Positions 1 to 9,611 of a stretch of 64,000 nt of DNA are shown one piece after another; positions within the stretch are counted from its first letter, which is position 1; the number at the start of each line of letters is the position of its first letter. The notes under the pieces are model-generated. The model saw only the letters and a program-made list of their open reading frames with translations, ran no database searches and was not told where the DNA came from. The DNA lies in the NCBI GenBank assembly GCA_934373295.1, contig CAKROK010000001.1, forward strand, positions 19,030 to 83,029. Direction: 5' to 3'. Both the position numbers and the translations under genes were made by a program. Source of the stretch: an uncultured Christensenellaceae bacterium (lineage in GTDB: Bacteria > Bacillota > Clostridia > Christensenellales > Christensenellaceae).

Positions 1-471
1 GTCGATCTCTCCGTCGATGAGCTTCTGCGCGGCTTTTTTCGCCGCAGCGACTATCTCCGCGCGCGAGCCGTAGTTTATCGCGACTGTCAGCTTTAAGCCC
101 GTGTTGTCCTTTGTCTTTTCCTCGGATTCCTCGATCGTTCGGCGAACCTCCTCGGGCAGCTCCTCTCTAAAGCCTATCGAACGGAAAACGACGTTCTTTT
201 CACATAATTCCGCAAGCTCTTTTCTCAAATACTCCACAAGCAGACTCATGAGCACACCCACCTCGTCCTTGGGACGCTTCCAGTTTTCAGTGGAAAAAGC
301 GTAAAGCGTCAGCGCCTCTATGCCTATATCGGAAGCGTATTGTACGATTTTATGCACGGTCTCCGTCCCCGCTCTGTGTCCAAAGCTGCGGGGCATCATC
401 CTCTTTTTCGCCCATCTTCCGTTTCCGTCCATTATTATGGCAATATGCCTAGGTATGGTTTTATCACTCAT
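1..471 (-). CDS. uppS: Undecaprenyl-diphosphate synthase (cis-prenyltransferase); 3' end cut by the window edge
   Basis: Absent from the ORF track because there is no stop in the window. My translation from ATG 471-469 gives MSDKTIPRHIAIIMDGNGRWAKKRMMPRSFGHRAG...LTLYAFSTENWKRP, which carries the DGNGRWA and FSTENW motifs. A GGAG RBS lies 7 nt upstream, and frr-uppS synteny fits. Confidence 0.85.
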   Translation of the reverse strand, partial: MSDKTIPRHIAIIMDGNGRWAKKRMMPRSFGHRAGTETVHKIVQYASDIGIEALTLYAFSTENWKRPKDEVGVLMSLLVEYLRKELAELCEKNVVFRSIGFREELPEEVRRTIEESEEKTKDNTGLKLTVAINYGSRAEIVAAAKKAAQKLIDGEID

Positions 472-472
472 T

Positions 473-694
473 TCAAATCTCCGTTAAAAATGCGGATACG
501 ACAATATGAGCGCCGCGCTCGTCCATCCTGACGCGCAGCACCCGCATGTCGTCCGCCCCCTCCACGCCGCGAAGCGAGGAATATATGTCTACATCGCAGG
601 GTATGCCCTGTTCATTAAAATGACAAAGCACCTCTTTTAAAGGCAAACCGAGGAATGCTCCTGCGTGAGTATCCTCGGTGTATCTTTCGATCAA
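473..694 (-). CDS. Small hypothetical protein (73 aa, TTG start)
   Basis: The ORF fills the frr-uppS gap exactly. Its TTG start overlaps the frr stop (TTGA) and its stop lies 1 nt before the uppS ATG. I recognised no family motif. Confidence 0.35.
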   Translation of the reverse strand: MIERYTEDTHAGAFLGLPLKEVLCHFNEQGIPCDVDIYSSLRGVEGADDMRVLRVRMDERGAHIVVSAFLTEI

Positions 695-1248
695 ACTTCC
701 ATTATCTCCTTTTCCTTATCCTTTACGGTATCATCTATCTTCTTGATGTACTTATCGGTAAGGTCCTGGATCTTCTTTTCGTAGTTTGCCGCGTCGTCCT
801 CGGTTATCGTGCTCGCCTTCTTATCCTTTTTGATCTGCTCATTGGCGTCTCTTCTTATGGAGCGGATGGCGACCTTCGTCTCTTCGCCGTATTTGCGGCA
901 GACCTTGACTAGCTCCTTTCTTCTCTCCTCCGTTACTTCGGGGAAAACCAGCCGTATGAGCTTGCCGTCATTCGTAGGGTTAATGCCTATATCAGAGGCT
1001 AAAATAGCCTTTTCAACGGCCTTTAACATGGATGCATCCCAAAGTGATATGGTGAGTACCCTAGGCTCAGGGACAGCCAAGTTGCCTATCTGAGGAATGG
1101 GCGTCATCGTACCGTAATAATCTACCATTATTCTGTCTAACAGCTTGGGGTTAGCTCTTCCGGCTCTTACTCCTCCGAGATCGTTTCCCAGCGCCTTTAA
1201 GGATTTCTCCATTTTATCGTTTGCTTTGCTAATAGGTTCGTATTCCAT
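691..1248 (-). CDS. frr: Ribosome recycling factor
   Basis: 185 aa with typical Frr sequence (VRAGRANPKLLDRIMVDYYG, IRSIRRDAN) and pyrH-frr-uppS synteny. Confidence 0.95.
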   Translation of the reverse strand: MEYEPISKANDKMEKSLKALGNDLGGVRAGRANPKLLDRIMVDYYGTMTPIPQIGNLAVPEPRVLTISLWDASMLKAVEKAILASDIGINPTNDGKLIRLVFPEVTEERRKELVKVCRKYGEETKVAIRSIRRDANEQIKKDKKASTITEDDAANYEKKIQDLTDKYIKKIDDTVKDKEKEIMEV

Positions 1249-1338
1249 AATATGACCTCCGTGGGTTTATAACTATATTTTACTAAAAAAATGTGATATG
1301 CACAATAAAAATTTGTAAGCGTTTTATGAACATTGCGC

Positions 1339-2040
1339 TCAGGATATGAGTGTGCCCATCTTTTCTCCCTTGACCGCGCGCACGATGCTGTTTTCCTCGC
1401 TCAGGCCGAACGCCAATATGGGGATGTTGTTCTCCATGCACAGCGTGACCGCGGTGGTGTCCATCGCGTGCAGCTCGTTCGTGATGAAGTCCATAAAGGG
1501 TATCTCATCCAGCTTCTTGGCATCGGGATTGATCTTCGGGTCGCTGTCATAAACGCCGTCCACGTTCTTCGCGAGCAGTATCAGCTCAGCGTCCATCTCA
1601 GCCGCTCTCAGCGCGGTCGCGGTGTCCGTAGTGAAGTAGGGGTTGCCCGTGCCGCAGGCGAAAATGACTATCCTGCCCTTTTCCAAGTGCCTTACAGCCT
1701 TGCCGCGGATGTACGGCTCTGCAATCTGGCGCATCTCGATGGCGGTCTGTACGCGCGCGCTGCCCCCGAGCGAATTTATCGCATCGGATAATGCGAGGGC
1801 GTTTATGACCGTCGCGAGCATACCCATGTGGTCGGCAGTCGTCCTGTCCATGCCCTTGCCCGCTCTGCCTCTCCAGATGTTGCCGCCGCCGACGATTATG
1901 CCGACCTGAACGCCCATTTTAGAGACCTCGACTATCTGCTCACATACGCTGTGGACGATGTCGAAATCGATGTTCGCCTTGTCGGAGGAAAGCGCCTCGC
2001 CGCTTATCTTTAAAATAACTCTTTTATACTTTGTCTGCAT
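1339..2040 (-). CDS. pyrH: UMP kinase
   Basis: 233 aa. It starts [12 protein letters not shown] and contains GGGNIWRG and FTTDTAA-like motifs of the amino-acid kinase fold UMP kinases. Confidence 0.95.
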   Translation of the reverse strand: MQTKYKRVILKISGEALSSDKANIDFDIVHSVCEQIVEVSKMGVQVGIIVGGGNIWRGRAGKGMDRTTADHMGMLATVINALALSDAINSLGGSARVQTAIEMRQIAEPYIRGKAVRHLEKGRIVIFACGTGNPYFTTDTATALRAAEMDAELILLAKNVDGVYDSDPKINPDAKKLDEIPFMDFITNELHAMDTTAVTLCMENNIPILAFGLSEENSIVRAVKGEKMGTLIS

Positions 2041-2103
2041 GTTGAAATTATCCTCTCAAACCGAAGCATGAAAATATTTTGTTAAACACTTCTATTTTCT
2101 TTA

Positions 2104-2132
2104 ATGATACCAAAAATCACGTGTTTATGCAA
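2104..2132 (-). promoter_or_regulatory. Candidate sigma-A promoter for pyrH
   Basis: On the minus strand: TTGCAT (2132-2127), a 17-nt spacer, then TATCAT (2109-2104), about 60 nt upstream of the pyrH ATG. Confidence 0.35.
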
Positions 2133-2164
2133 GATAAAAAAGCGCACTCGGAAAATTCCTCGCA

Positions 2165-2199
2165 ACTCAAAAACGGGCTTTATTCCCTAAAACCCGTTT
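2165..2199 (-). terminator. Intrinsic terminator overlapping the Fic stop codon
   Basis: The minus strand reads AAACGGG-loop-CCCGTTT followed by TTTTGAG. The hairpin includes the last codons of the Fic ORF. Confidence 0.5.
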
Positions 2200-2953
2200 C
2201 ACTGACTTCATTTTTAGACTTGACATAGCCAAATACGTTCTCCATCTCCGCAAGCTCCGCCTTGCAGATGAGGTATACCATGCCGGATATATCCTGCTTA
2301 TTTTTAAAATCCCTGAATGACCTGCGGTATTTTGAAGTGCTTGATATATTCACGGGCAGAAAGCCGTTGTTTATGAGCTGCTGATTTAGCAGCATCCTCC
2401 CCGTTCTGCCGTTTCCGTCCATAAACGGATGGATATACTCAAACTCTATATGCCGCTTCGCCAGCTCTATGAGCGCTTCTTCCTTATTATAAATCTCATT
2501 GAGCGTCCGAGCATAGCTCCTCATAAGCTCCGGCACTTTTGAAAAATCGGGCGGATAATATACCGCATCTATTTTATTTGCAATATAGACATTTTCACCT
2601 CTGTACGCCGCCTTTTTGACGTTTAATATCTTCCTGTTTACCTCTTTTATCCATTCCTCGGTGATATCCCTGCCCCTCGGGTCGAGCAAGGATATCGCCG
2701 AAAATAGCCGCTTTGCTTCTTCGTATTCCGAGTACTTATGTCCCGCCCTCACCTCATCATAATCTATTAGCCAAACCGTTTCCTCCAAAGAAAGCGTATT
2801 TCCCTCAAGGTGGTTGGATGACCAACAGAACTGATAGCTGAAATTTTCATAGTACGGCTTGTGAATAAGAGGGTCTTTAAAATAACTCATCACTTCAGGC
2901 AGCTTGGATATAATTTGCTCAATATATTTTGAATTGTCAAACATCATTTTCAA
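2180..2953 (-). CDS. Fic family protein (class II, with an intramolecular inhibitory helix)
   Basis: It carries the canonical Fic motif HPFMDGNGRTGR (HxFx[DE]GNGRxxR, nt about 2400-2435). Upstream is SNHLEG, matching the [ST]xxxE[GN] inhibitory motif (nt 2802-2819). Confidence 0.9.
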   Translation of the reverse strand: MKMMFDNSKYIEQIISKLPEVMSYFKDPLIHKPYYENFSYQFCWSSNHLEGNTLSLEETVWLIDYDEVRAGHKYSEYEEAKRLFSAISLLDPRGRDITEEWIKEVNRKILNVKKAAYRGENVYIANKIDAVYYPPDFSKVPELMRSYARTLNEIYNKEEALIELAKRHIEFEYIHPFMDGNGRTGRMLLNQQLINNGFLPVNISSTSKYRRSFRDFKNKQDISGMVYLICKAELAEMENVFGYVKSKNEVSETGFRE

Positions 2954-3111
2954 ATCACCTTTTTCGCGGTTTCCAACGCTCGCCTTTCTCGGGCTTTTAT
3001 TTGCATCATGAATAATAACCCGGTATTTCAGCTATCTGATGCTATTAAGTATACCCTAAATGCTATAAAGTGTCCACATCGCAACGAACTTTTGAATAAT
3101 TCTTTTTTTAC

Positions 3112-3143
3112 ACAAAATCCCTCTCCAAACCGGAAAGGGATCC
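3112..3143 (-). terminator. Candidate intrinsic terminator of the GH2 gene
   Basis: The minus strand reads ATCCCTTTCC-GGTT-TGGAGAGGGAT (one mismatch) followed by TTTTG, about 20 nt after the stop. Confidence 0.45.
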
Positions 3144-3162
3144 TGTATTTTCATTTATTCGC

Positions 3163-3675
3163 TTATTTCTTAGTTGTAACCGTCTTTGCCTTGGACCATG
3201 CGGAGTAGACGTTATAGCTCTTTGCGCCTATCTTTGTGGTCTTATAGCTCCTGACCCTTACGTAATACTTCGCGGACGCCTTGAGCTTGGTCACCGTCTT
3301 TGAAGTCGTCGTGTACTTGGCTATCGTCGCAGTCTTTGTCGTCTTTGCCGTGAACTTGGAGGACGTCGAGTACTGTACCTGATAGCCCGTTACGTAGCTC
3401 TGCTTTGCCCATGTAGCCTTGAAGCCCTTGGAGAGCGCCGTCAGCTTGGATACGCTCATCTGCTTGCCGCGGATAGCGAACGTGAGCGTCTTTGTGCCGG
3501 TATAATTGCCCTTCATCGTGACTTTTACGGTGTACGTACCCGGGAGCTTTCTGCCGGAAGCATAGCTGACCGTGTAATTGGAGGAAGCGATCTTCTTGCC
3601 GTCGGCATCCGTCACCGTGACAGCGGGCTTTTTGACCTTGCCGTCATATGTATACAGCGTCGCAGCGAGCTTTAC
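3163..3675 (-). repeat. 513-nt direct repeat, copy 1 (shared C-terminal module of the two glycosidases)
   Basis: It aligns codon for codon and without gaps to 12209-12721, with 12 substitutions in 170 residues by my manual count. Long identical nucleotide runs include CCTTGAAGCCCTTGGAGAGCGCCGTCAGCTTGGATA. Confidence 0.9.
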
Positions 3676-6600
3676 GTTTAACGTATTGACGTTTATCTTT
3701 TCCGGCTCGTTTATCGTTATCAGCCTTAGCGCCGTCAAATCGCGATTCTGCGTACTCGTGACCTTTATTATCACCTTACCCGCGCTGATGGGGGTCAGTA
3801 AGCCGTTCTGGTCTATCGTCGCCTTGCCCGTGAAGTCGATGACCTCCCAAGCGACGTCATTATTGAGCGACTCGGGATAGGTCACGGCGGTATATTGCTC
3901 AGGCTTTCCTATTGTTGCAACGTCCGCGCCGTCTATGCCCTTTATCTCTTTCGCCCTGACGTCTATCTCGTGCGTCGCGGCGAGCTTGCCGTCCGCCGTC
4001 TTTGCGGTTATTACCGCGTGACCCACGCCGATGGCCTTTATCATGCCGAAAGAGCCTACCGTAAGCACGTTTTCATCTGAGCTTGACCAAACTATCTTTC
4101 CTTCATAGCCTTCGTCAGAAACCTTCGCAGTGAGCTTGGCTATCTGACCGAGATATATCTCATTTACGCCCGATATGCTCATCATGCTGTCCTCGGGCAG
4201 GTTTGCGTAGGGAATATATCTTATAGCATCCAGCGCGACCATATATCCCGTTGACTTGGGATTCTTAAACCCGAGAGAATCGCCCGTGACTATGCGCAGA
4301 GTATGCTTGCCCTGCTTGACTATGCCCGTATCAAACGCGATTACCTTGCTGATGAGCGTGCCCGAATACGTGTCCATATATCCTATGAACTCGCCGTCGA
4401 GGTATATCTTCGCCTTGCCCATCTCGCGGTTTGTCGATACGATTATCTGCGCACGGCTGCCGTTGAATGTGAACGTCGCTTCGGCGCTGTTAAGATATGT
4501 CTCATCGCCGCCAATGCACCTCGTTCCGCCGTAGCCCGTAGAAGAGCCCTTGATATACTTTATCTGCGCGGCGTGGTCGTTTACGGTTATCCAGTTGTCC
4601 TGCGTCTCCTCACCGATGTACTTTATCGCATCGAATGCGAGCATCGTGCCGGTAGAGGCGTCGTTCTTCTCGCCCTCGACCTTTAGGGTTATCTTGTGTT
4701 CGCCGTAGCCTATTATGCCCGAATCGAATCCTACAAACGCCCTCTTGATGGAGGGAGAATACGTGTCGGCATATCCCACGAACTTATCATCGAGATAGAC
4801 CTTGCCCTTTCCTAACTCGCTGTTCGCGGTGAATATGAGCTGTACTCTTTCACCCTTGAAGGTGTAGCTTAGCTCGCTTCCCGCGTTTAAGTACATCTCG
4901 TCGCCGTTCACAAGCTCCGTGGAATGACCGTAGCCGTTGGAGTAATTGCCCCAATAGGTGATGTCGTTATCGTGATCGTTCACCACGACAAAGCCGCCGC
5001 CCGCGCTTATCGTCTCAAAGCGGATGAGGGGGACCATCGTGCCGGTAGAAGCGTCGTTCTTGTCGCCGTTTATGACGAGCTTTACGTTATGCGTGCTGTC
5101 CGTCAGCTTGTCCGTGCCAAACAGCTCGACGTTCGGCTCATAGCTGGGCGCATATGCGTCCGCATAGCCTATCAGCTCGCCGTCTACGTATACCGCCGCT
5201 TTGCCCAGCTCGGAATTCTTGTTGCCGAATATCTTTAAGGAATAGCCGTCAAAGCTGAAAGTGACCTCGTTATCAGGATTCGTGAGCTTCGCGCCGTCGT
5301 AGTCGTATGCGATACCGGGGTTAGAGTACGTCACGAATTCGCTGTTCGCGGCGATGCTCCTCGACGTCTCATAGCCCTGGCTCTGTGAGTTGGAGGCTAT
5401 GAATCTGCGTAAAGGTACCATGCCCACGCCCGTCGAAGCGGGGTTCTTGTCGCCCTTTATCATGAGCTTTAAGGTATGCGTACCCTGCTCAAGCCCGTCT
5501 ATTCTGTAAAGCTCCGTGTCCAGCTCGAGAGATGCGGAATATGCATCCATATCGCCGTGCTTAACGCCGTCCACGTATACCTCTGCACGGCCGAGCTCGA
5601 CGTTCTTATCGCCCATTATGCGCAGACTCATGCCCTTGAATTTGAGCGTGACCTCGTTATCGGGATTAACGTACTTTCCGCCGTCAAAGTCATATGCCAC
5701 TCCGGGATTGGTGAAGGTCGCCTCGGATACGTAGTAGACCGTTTCCTTATCCGTATCCTCCTCCGGGTCGGCGGTTATCTCAAAGCGCCTTATCGGGACC
5801 ATGCCCGTGCCCGTGGACGCCTCGTTCATGTCGCCCTTTACCTCTATTCTGAGGGAGTGCTCCGCGTTTGCGAGTCCGGAAATTCTGAATATCTCTACAT
5901 CCGGCATGTACGACGCCGCATACGTGTCGATATCGCCCACGAAGTTGTTATCTACATATACCGCCGCCTTGCCGCACTCGGAATTCTTGTTTCCGAATAT
6001 CTTTAACATGCTGCCCGTAAAGCTCATTGTCACGATATTTTCGGGGTTAATGAGCTTCGCGCCGTCGTAGTCATACGCGATAGAGCCGTTAGAATAGCTT
6101 ACTGATTCATCCGATGCGGCTATCGTCGTCACCGTAGAATCCTTTATGCCGAGGTCGGATAAGCTCTTTTTGAGCTGCTCCTCATCCACCGCCGTGACTG
6201 CGGATGCGTGCTCATGGCCGTAATTCACGAGATTTAAGAGAAGTCTCTTGCAGTTTACGTTCATGTTATCCGTGAGCAGGTCGAGCGCATTTATCGTGTA
6301 ATAGCCGTTGAAGTACTTATAAGTACCCATGCCGATGCCGTTTGACGCGCCGCCCATCAGAGGCAGACCCTGCGCCATCATGACTAATACGTTAGTCTCC
6401 TCCGGCATGTCCATATCCACGAAATAGCCGTTGACGTCGCCGCTCTTATTAAACGAAGCCAACAGCTCCGTGCCGAACATCGCGGGGGATAACGCGCCCT
6501 GCTTCAATCCCGCAAAGAGGGTATCGCCCATCGCGATATGCTCCGCGTGATAAAGCGCGGACTGCTCACTGAAGCCGGTGTACTTCCTCCAGCTGCCCTT

Positions 6601-9456
6601 GTTCGTGCTGGGTATGCGGTTTAATCCCGCGCCTAAGCTGTCCTTATCGAGTATCGCGACATACGCGCCCGATGCCATCTTCTCATAAACCGCCTTCCAG
6701 AATGCGTCCGTCTGGGGTGCGTTCGAGCCGATAAGTATGACCTCGCCGTCCTTTTTCTCGGATGCGTTAAACTCGCTTACCGTCATGCCCTGCTCTTTAA
6801 ACAGCTCTGTGACGTCTTTCGGGAAATCGCCCGCGAGGGTGACCTCTTTTTCCTTAGCCGCGCCCGTATTGTCGATTATCTCAAATTCATAAGATGTGTT
6901 CGTGGGCTTATAGCCGTCGCTGTTGAGCTTAGCTTCAAAGGTATATCTGCCCGCAGCGAAATCCAGCTTGATGCTCTCGTCAAAGACCTCATACGCGAGA
7001 GGCGCTTTCGAGCCGCTCTCGACCTCAAACGCGACGTTCTTCTTCTCATAGACGGTCTTGCCGTCTGCGTCCTTTATCACAAAATCAGCAGAATAATCGC
7101 CCGCGGGGAGGACGTCCTCCGTCGCGATATTCGCCCTGAAGCGCTGTATGCTGCCCTTTTCCGCGGCAAATGAGGTGTTATCTAACAGATAAGCCCAGCA
7201 AAGCGGCGCGAACATGTCGGAGAATACCTCCTTTATACCCGTCTTCCAGTCGCGGAAGTTATCCATAAGGCCCTCGCCCAGGCTCTGCGCGTCCGAAAGA
7301 GAGGTCGCGCCCACACCGTTTAAGCGGCCATTTGCTCTGATGTAATTCATAAGAGCGTATCTCTGAAGAATGTTGTTGCTCTCAGAATCCTTGGTCACAT
7401 CCTCGGGCGTATCGTATATCTTATTTAAACCGTACTTATTATATATACTCGTTATTCCGTTAACTACATTATTCGAAAGACCTGTGGTCATGTAGCTGTT
7501 CGGGTCTGCCCCGTTGATCGTGCGCTTATAAGCGTCTAAGAATACGTTGGGCGTGTTGCCCGTTCCCGTTTCGCTTATAAACGTAGGCTGATCGCCGTCC
7601 TTGCCCAGCTTGTAGATGCTCTCATAGGCCTCATCCTCAGAGAAGGGATAGTTGGGATAGAAATGTACGTCACCAGGAGAATCGGCCTTTTCTCCCTCGC
7701 CGCCCAGCATGACGTCCCATGTAGTCGAGCCGGAGTTTGAAAAGCTGCCGTAGGAATAATCCCTGTCCCATCTTCCTGAGCTGAAGCAGACGAGCCTTGT
7801 CTCGTCGTATTCACGCAGCTCGGTCAAATACTTCCTCGCCTTGTTCGTCCTCGCGTCGGACGCGTTTACTTCGTTTAAAAAGCCCCAAATAGCCACTGAG
7901 GGGTGGTTTCTGTCCCTTATGACCATCTTGGTATACATCTCGCTGTCCCAGTGGTTCATGCCCAGCCAGCTCTGCGAGCTTTCCTCATAGGCGAGCATAC
8001 CCACCTCGTCACAATAGTCGAGCACCTCGGGCATTATGGACATCGCGATAGACCTGAAGCAGTTAAAACCCGCTGCTTTAAGCTGATCAATACCCTTAAA
8101 CTGATATGTCAGATCTCTCGGGCTGCCCTGGAAGGTTATCGGGTCATAGCAGTTCTGATGCGTCGTCTTAAGCATGAAGCGCTTTCCGTTGAGATAGAAA
8201 TAGCCGTCCTTCATCTCGATATGCCTGAAGCCCATGCGCTCGACAGAATACGTCTGTGTGTTTCCGCCCGTCACTGCGGTCACGTCAGCGTAATAGAGAT
8301 TCGGGTTTTCAGTATCCCACAGCTTGAAATTATCGATGGTATAGTCAAGCTCGACCACGCTCTTGCCCTTGGGGAGGTCCTTTGTTAGCTTGTCCGTCGC
8401 GCCTAACTTTGCGCCCTTAAACTCGCCGTATACTGCAAAGAGATCAGTCTGCGCCTGCGCGCCCGTGGTGTTATTAACCGTTATCTCCAGCGCGACCTTG
8501 CCCGTGAGCCAGTCCGTCTTTGCGTAAACGTCCTCGATAAACACGCCGCCGCGCGTCAGGAGATTTACGTCCTGCCAAATGCCGCCGGCGTCCCAAAACG
8601 CGGGATATTCCGAATAGGACGCGACCTTGCACATGCCCGCGGGGTTATAGACCTTAACGGCTAAGAAGTTCTCACCGTCCTTTAAGACGTCTGTCACGTC
8701 AAACTCAAAGGGAACGTCCGAATTGTCGTTTGAGCCCAGCTTTTCGCCGTTCAGATATACGTCCGCGAGGCACTGCACCGCGTCAAACCTTATGAACTGC
8801 TTCATGCCCTCGCCCGCTTTTTTCGCGGTAAACTCCTTGGCATACCACGTATAGCCGTTATAGCTCGGATATGTCTCATAGATGTTTCCGGGGACTAAAA
8901 TGAGGTCGGACTGCGCGGGATATTTTATCTTCGCGGAATAATCGGATTCACCGCCCGGATCCTTTACTATCTTCCACGCGCCGTTTAAGGTCATCTCCGT
9001 AAAATCGCCCGCAGAAGAATCAAACTTGACCTGTGCGACGTTTATGGGATGCTTGTCCCCCGCCGCCTTTGAGTTCACAAGGAAGGACTTGCCTACGCCT
9101 AAGATGTGGATGCCCTCATCGAGCTTTGTCGAAAAAACAAGCTCCTTTTCGCCCTGCTCGGCATAGAGGTCAATCTCTTTTGCGAAAATGCCGTCGACAT
9201 ACACCTTGACCTTGCCCATCTCGGGGCCGGTCACGGCGTAATACTCTACAGACGTGCCGGTGAACTTGCATTCAAAAAATGCATCCTGCGCATCTGCGGA
9301 GTAAACTCCGTCCTGTTCGCTCCAATCTCCGGTAAACGTGAAGTTTTCCGGCGTTGCATCTGTCGCTTCCGCCAAAACCGTCGTCATATTGGCAAACGCC
9401 GCTATGAACAACATCAATAAGCAGAGAACAAATGCGATCGATCGTTTTCTGTTCAT
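3163..9456 (-). CDS. Giant secreted multi-modular glycoside hydrolase, family 2 catalytic region (about 2097 aa)
   Basis: The signal peptide is MNRKRSIAFVLCLLMLFIAAFANMTTVLA. The GH2 sugar-binding region is RFDAVQCLADVYLNGEKLG...FEFDVTDVL, with barrel motifs IRDRNHPSVAIWGFLNEV and FISETGTG. Six copies of an unassigned beta-sandwich module, two Big_2-like domains and an MBG/Ig-like plus FN3-like C-terminus follow. I moved the start from GTG 9513 to ATG 9456, which has AGGAGG 9 nt upstream. Confidence 0.85.
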   Translation of the reverse strand: MNRKRSIAFVLCLLMLFIAAFANMTTVLAEATDATPENFTFTGDWSEQDGVYSADAQDAFFECKFTGTSVEYYAVTGPEMGKVKVYVDGIFAKEIDLYAEQGEKELVFSTKLDEGIHILGVGKSFLVNSKAAGDKHPINVAQVKFDSSAGDFTEMTLNGAWKIVKDPGGESDYSAKIKYPAQSDLILVPGNIYETYPSYNGYTWYAKEFTAKKAGEGMKQFIRFDAVQCLADVYLNGEKLGSNDNSDVPFEFDVTDVLKDGENFLAVKVYNPAGMCKVASYSEYPAFWDAGGIWQDVNLLTRGGVFIEDVYAKTDWLTGKVALEITVNNTTGAQAQTDLFAVYGEFKGAKLGATDKLTKDLPKGKSVVELDYTIDNFKLWDTENPNLYYADVTAVTGGNTQTYSVERMGFRHIEMKDGYFYLNGKRFMLKTTHQNCYDPITFQGSPRDLTYQFKGIDQLKAAGFNCFRSIAMSIMPEVLDYCDEVGMLAYEESSQSWLGMNHWDSEMYTKMVIRDRNHPSVAIWGFLNEVNASDARTNKARKYLTELREYDETRLVCFSSGRWDRDYSYGSFSNSGSTTWDVMLGGEGEKADSPGDVHFYPNYPFSEDEAYESIYKLGKDGDQPTFISETGTGNTPNVFLDAYKRTINGADPNSYMTTGLSNNVVNGITSIYNKYGLNKIYDTPEDVTKDSESNNILQRYALMNYIRANGRLNGVGATSLSDAQSLGEGLMDNFRDWKTGIKEVFSDMFAPLCWAYLLDNTSFAAEKGSIQRFRANIATEDVLPAGDYSADFVIKDADGKTVYEKKNVAFEVESGSKAPLAYEVFDESIKLDFAAGRYTFEAKLNSDGYKPTNTSYEFEIIDNTGAAKEKEVTLAGDFPKDVTELFKEQGMTVSEFNASEKKDGEVILIGSNAPQTDAFWKAVYEKMASGAYVAILDKDSLGAGLNRIPSTNKGSWRKYTGFSEQSALYHAEHIAMGDTLFAGLKQGALSPAMFGTELLASFNKSGDVNGYFVDMDMPEETNVLVMMAQGLPLMGGASNGIGMGTYKYFNGYYTINALDLLTDNMNVNCKRLLLNLVNYGHEHASAVTAVDEEQLKKSLSDLGIKDSTVTTIAASDESVSYSNGSIAYDYDGAKLINPENIVTMSFTGSMLKIFGNKNSECGKAAVYVDNNFVGDIDTYAASYMPDVEIFRISGLANAEHSLRIEVKGDMNEASTGTGMVPIRRFEITADPEEDTDKETVYYVSEATFTNPGVAYDFDGGKYVNPDNEVTLKFKGMSLRIMGDKNVELGRAEVYVDGVKHGDMDAYSASLELDTELYRIDGLEQGTHTLKLMIKGDKNPASTGVGMVPLRRFIASNSQSQGYETSRSIAANSEFVTYSNPGIAYDYDGAKLTNPDNEVTFSFDGYSLKIFGNKNSELGKAAVYVDGELIGYADAYAPSYEPNVELFGTDKLTDSTHNVKLVINGDKNDASTGTMVPLIRFETISAGGGFVVVNDHDNDITYWGNYSNGYGHSTELVNGDEMYLNAGSELSYTFKGERVQLIFTANSELGKGKVYLDDKFVGYADTYSPSIKRAFVGFDSGIIGYGEHKITLKVEGEKNDASTGTMLAFDAIKYIGEETQDNWITVNDHAAQIKYIKGSSTGYGGTRCIGGDETYLNSAEATFTFNGSRAQIIVSTNREMGKAKIYLDGEFIGYMDTYSGTLISKVIAFDTGIVKQGKHTLRIVTGDSLGFKNPKSTGYMVALDAIRYIPYANLPEDSMMSISGVNEIYLGQIAKLTAKVSDEGYEGKIVWSSSDENVLTVGSFGMIKAIGVGHAVITAKTADGKLAATHEIDVRAKEIKGIDGADVATIGKPEQYTAVTYPESLNNDVAWEVIDFTGKATIDQNGLLTPISAGKVIIKVTSTQNRDLTALRLITINEPEKINVNTLNVKLAATLYTYDGKVKKPAVTVTDADGKKIASSNYTVSYASGRKLPGTYTVKVTMKGNYTGTKTLTFAIRGKQMSVSKLTALSKGFKATWAKQSYVTGYQVQYSTSSKFTAKTTKTATIAKYTTTSKTVTKLKASAKYYVRVRSYKTTKIGAKSYNVYSAWSKAKTVTTKK

Positions 9457-9580
9457 TAAATGCTTCCTCCTGTTTATTTTTATAGCAATCATAATGCTAT
9501 GAAAACTTTTCACTGTGATTAAAGCTACTGTTAATAAAATACGATGCTGTTTTATTTCTTCTCGTTAATTTATATCAAAT

Positions 9581-9611
9581 ATTATACCCCCCCCCCCTGT
9601 TTTTTTGTCAA
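9581..9611 (-). promoter_or_regulatory. Consensus sigma-A promoter of the GH2 gene with a 19-nt spacer containing G11
   Basis: The minus strand reads TTGACA (9611-9606), AAAAAACAGGGGGGGGGGG (19 nt), TATAAT (9586-9581). Both hexamers are perfect consensus, and the ATG lies about 117 nt downstream. Confidence 0.7.
9587..9597. repeat. Homopolymer C11 (G11 on the coding strand of the GH2 gene)
   Basis: Read directly: ATTATA CCCCCCCCCCC TGTTTTTTTGTCAA. Confidence 0.95.

Noticed and set aside
9457-9513. N-terminal extensions in the ORF track: GH2 from GTG 9513, GH36-like from 17761, PBP from 48114, HIT from 24805, mtaB from 26090, MerR from 39349, the carrier protein from 43580 and GntR from TTG 28545.
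   Set aside because: In each case an internal ATG has a much better Shine-Dalgarno sequence at 5-9 nt. The internal ATG also coincides with the start of the signal peptide or conserved domain, or removes an overlap with a neighbouring gene or promoter element.
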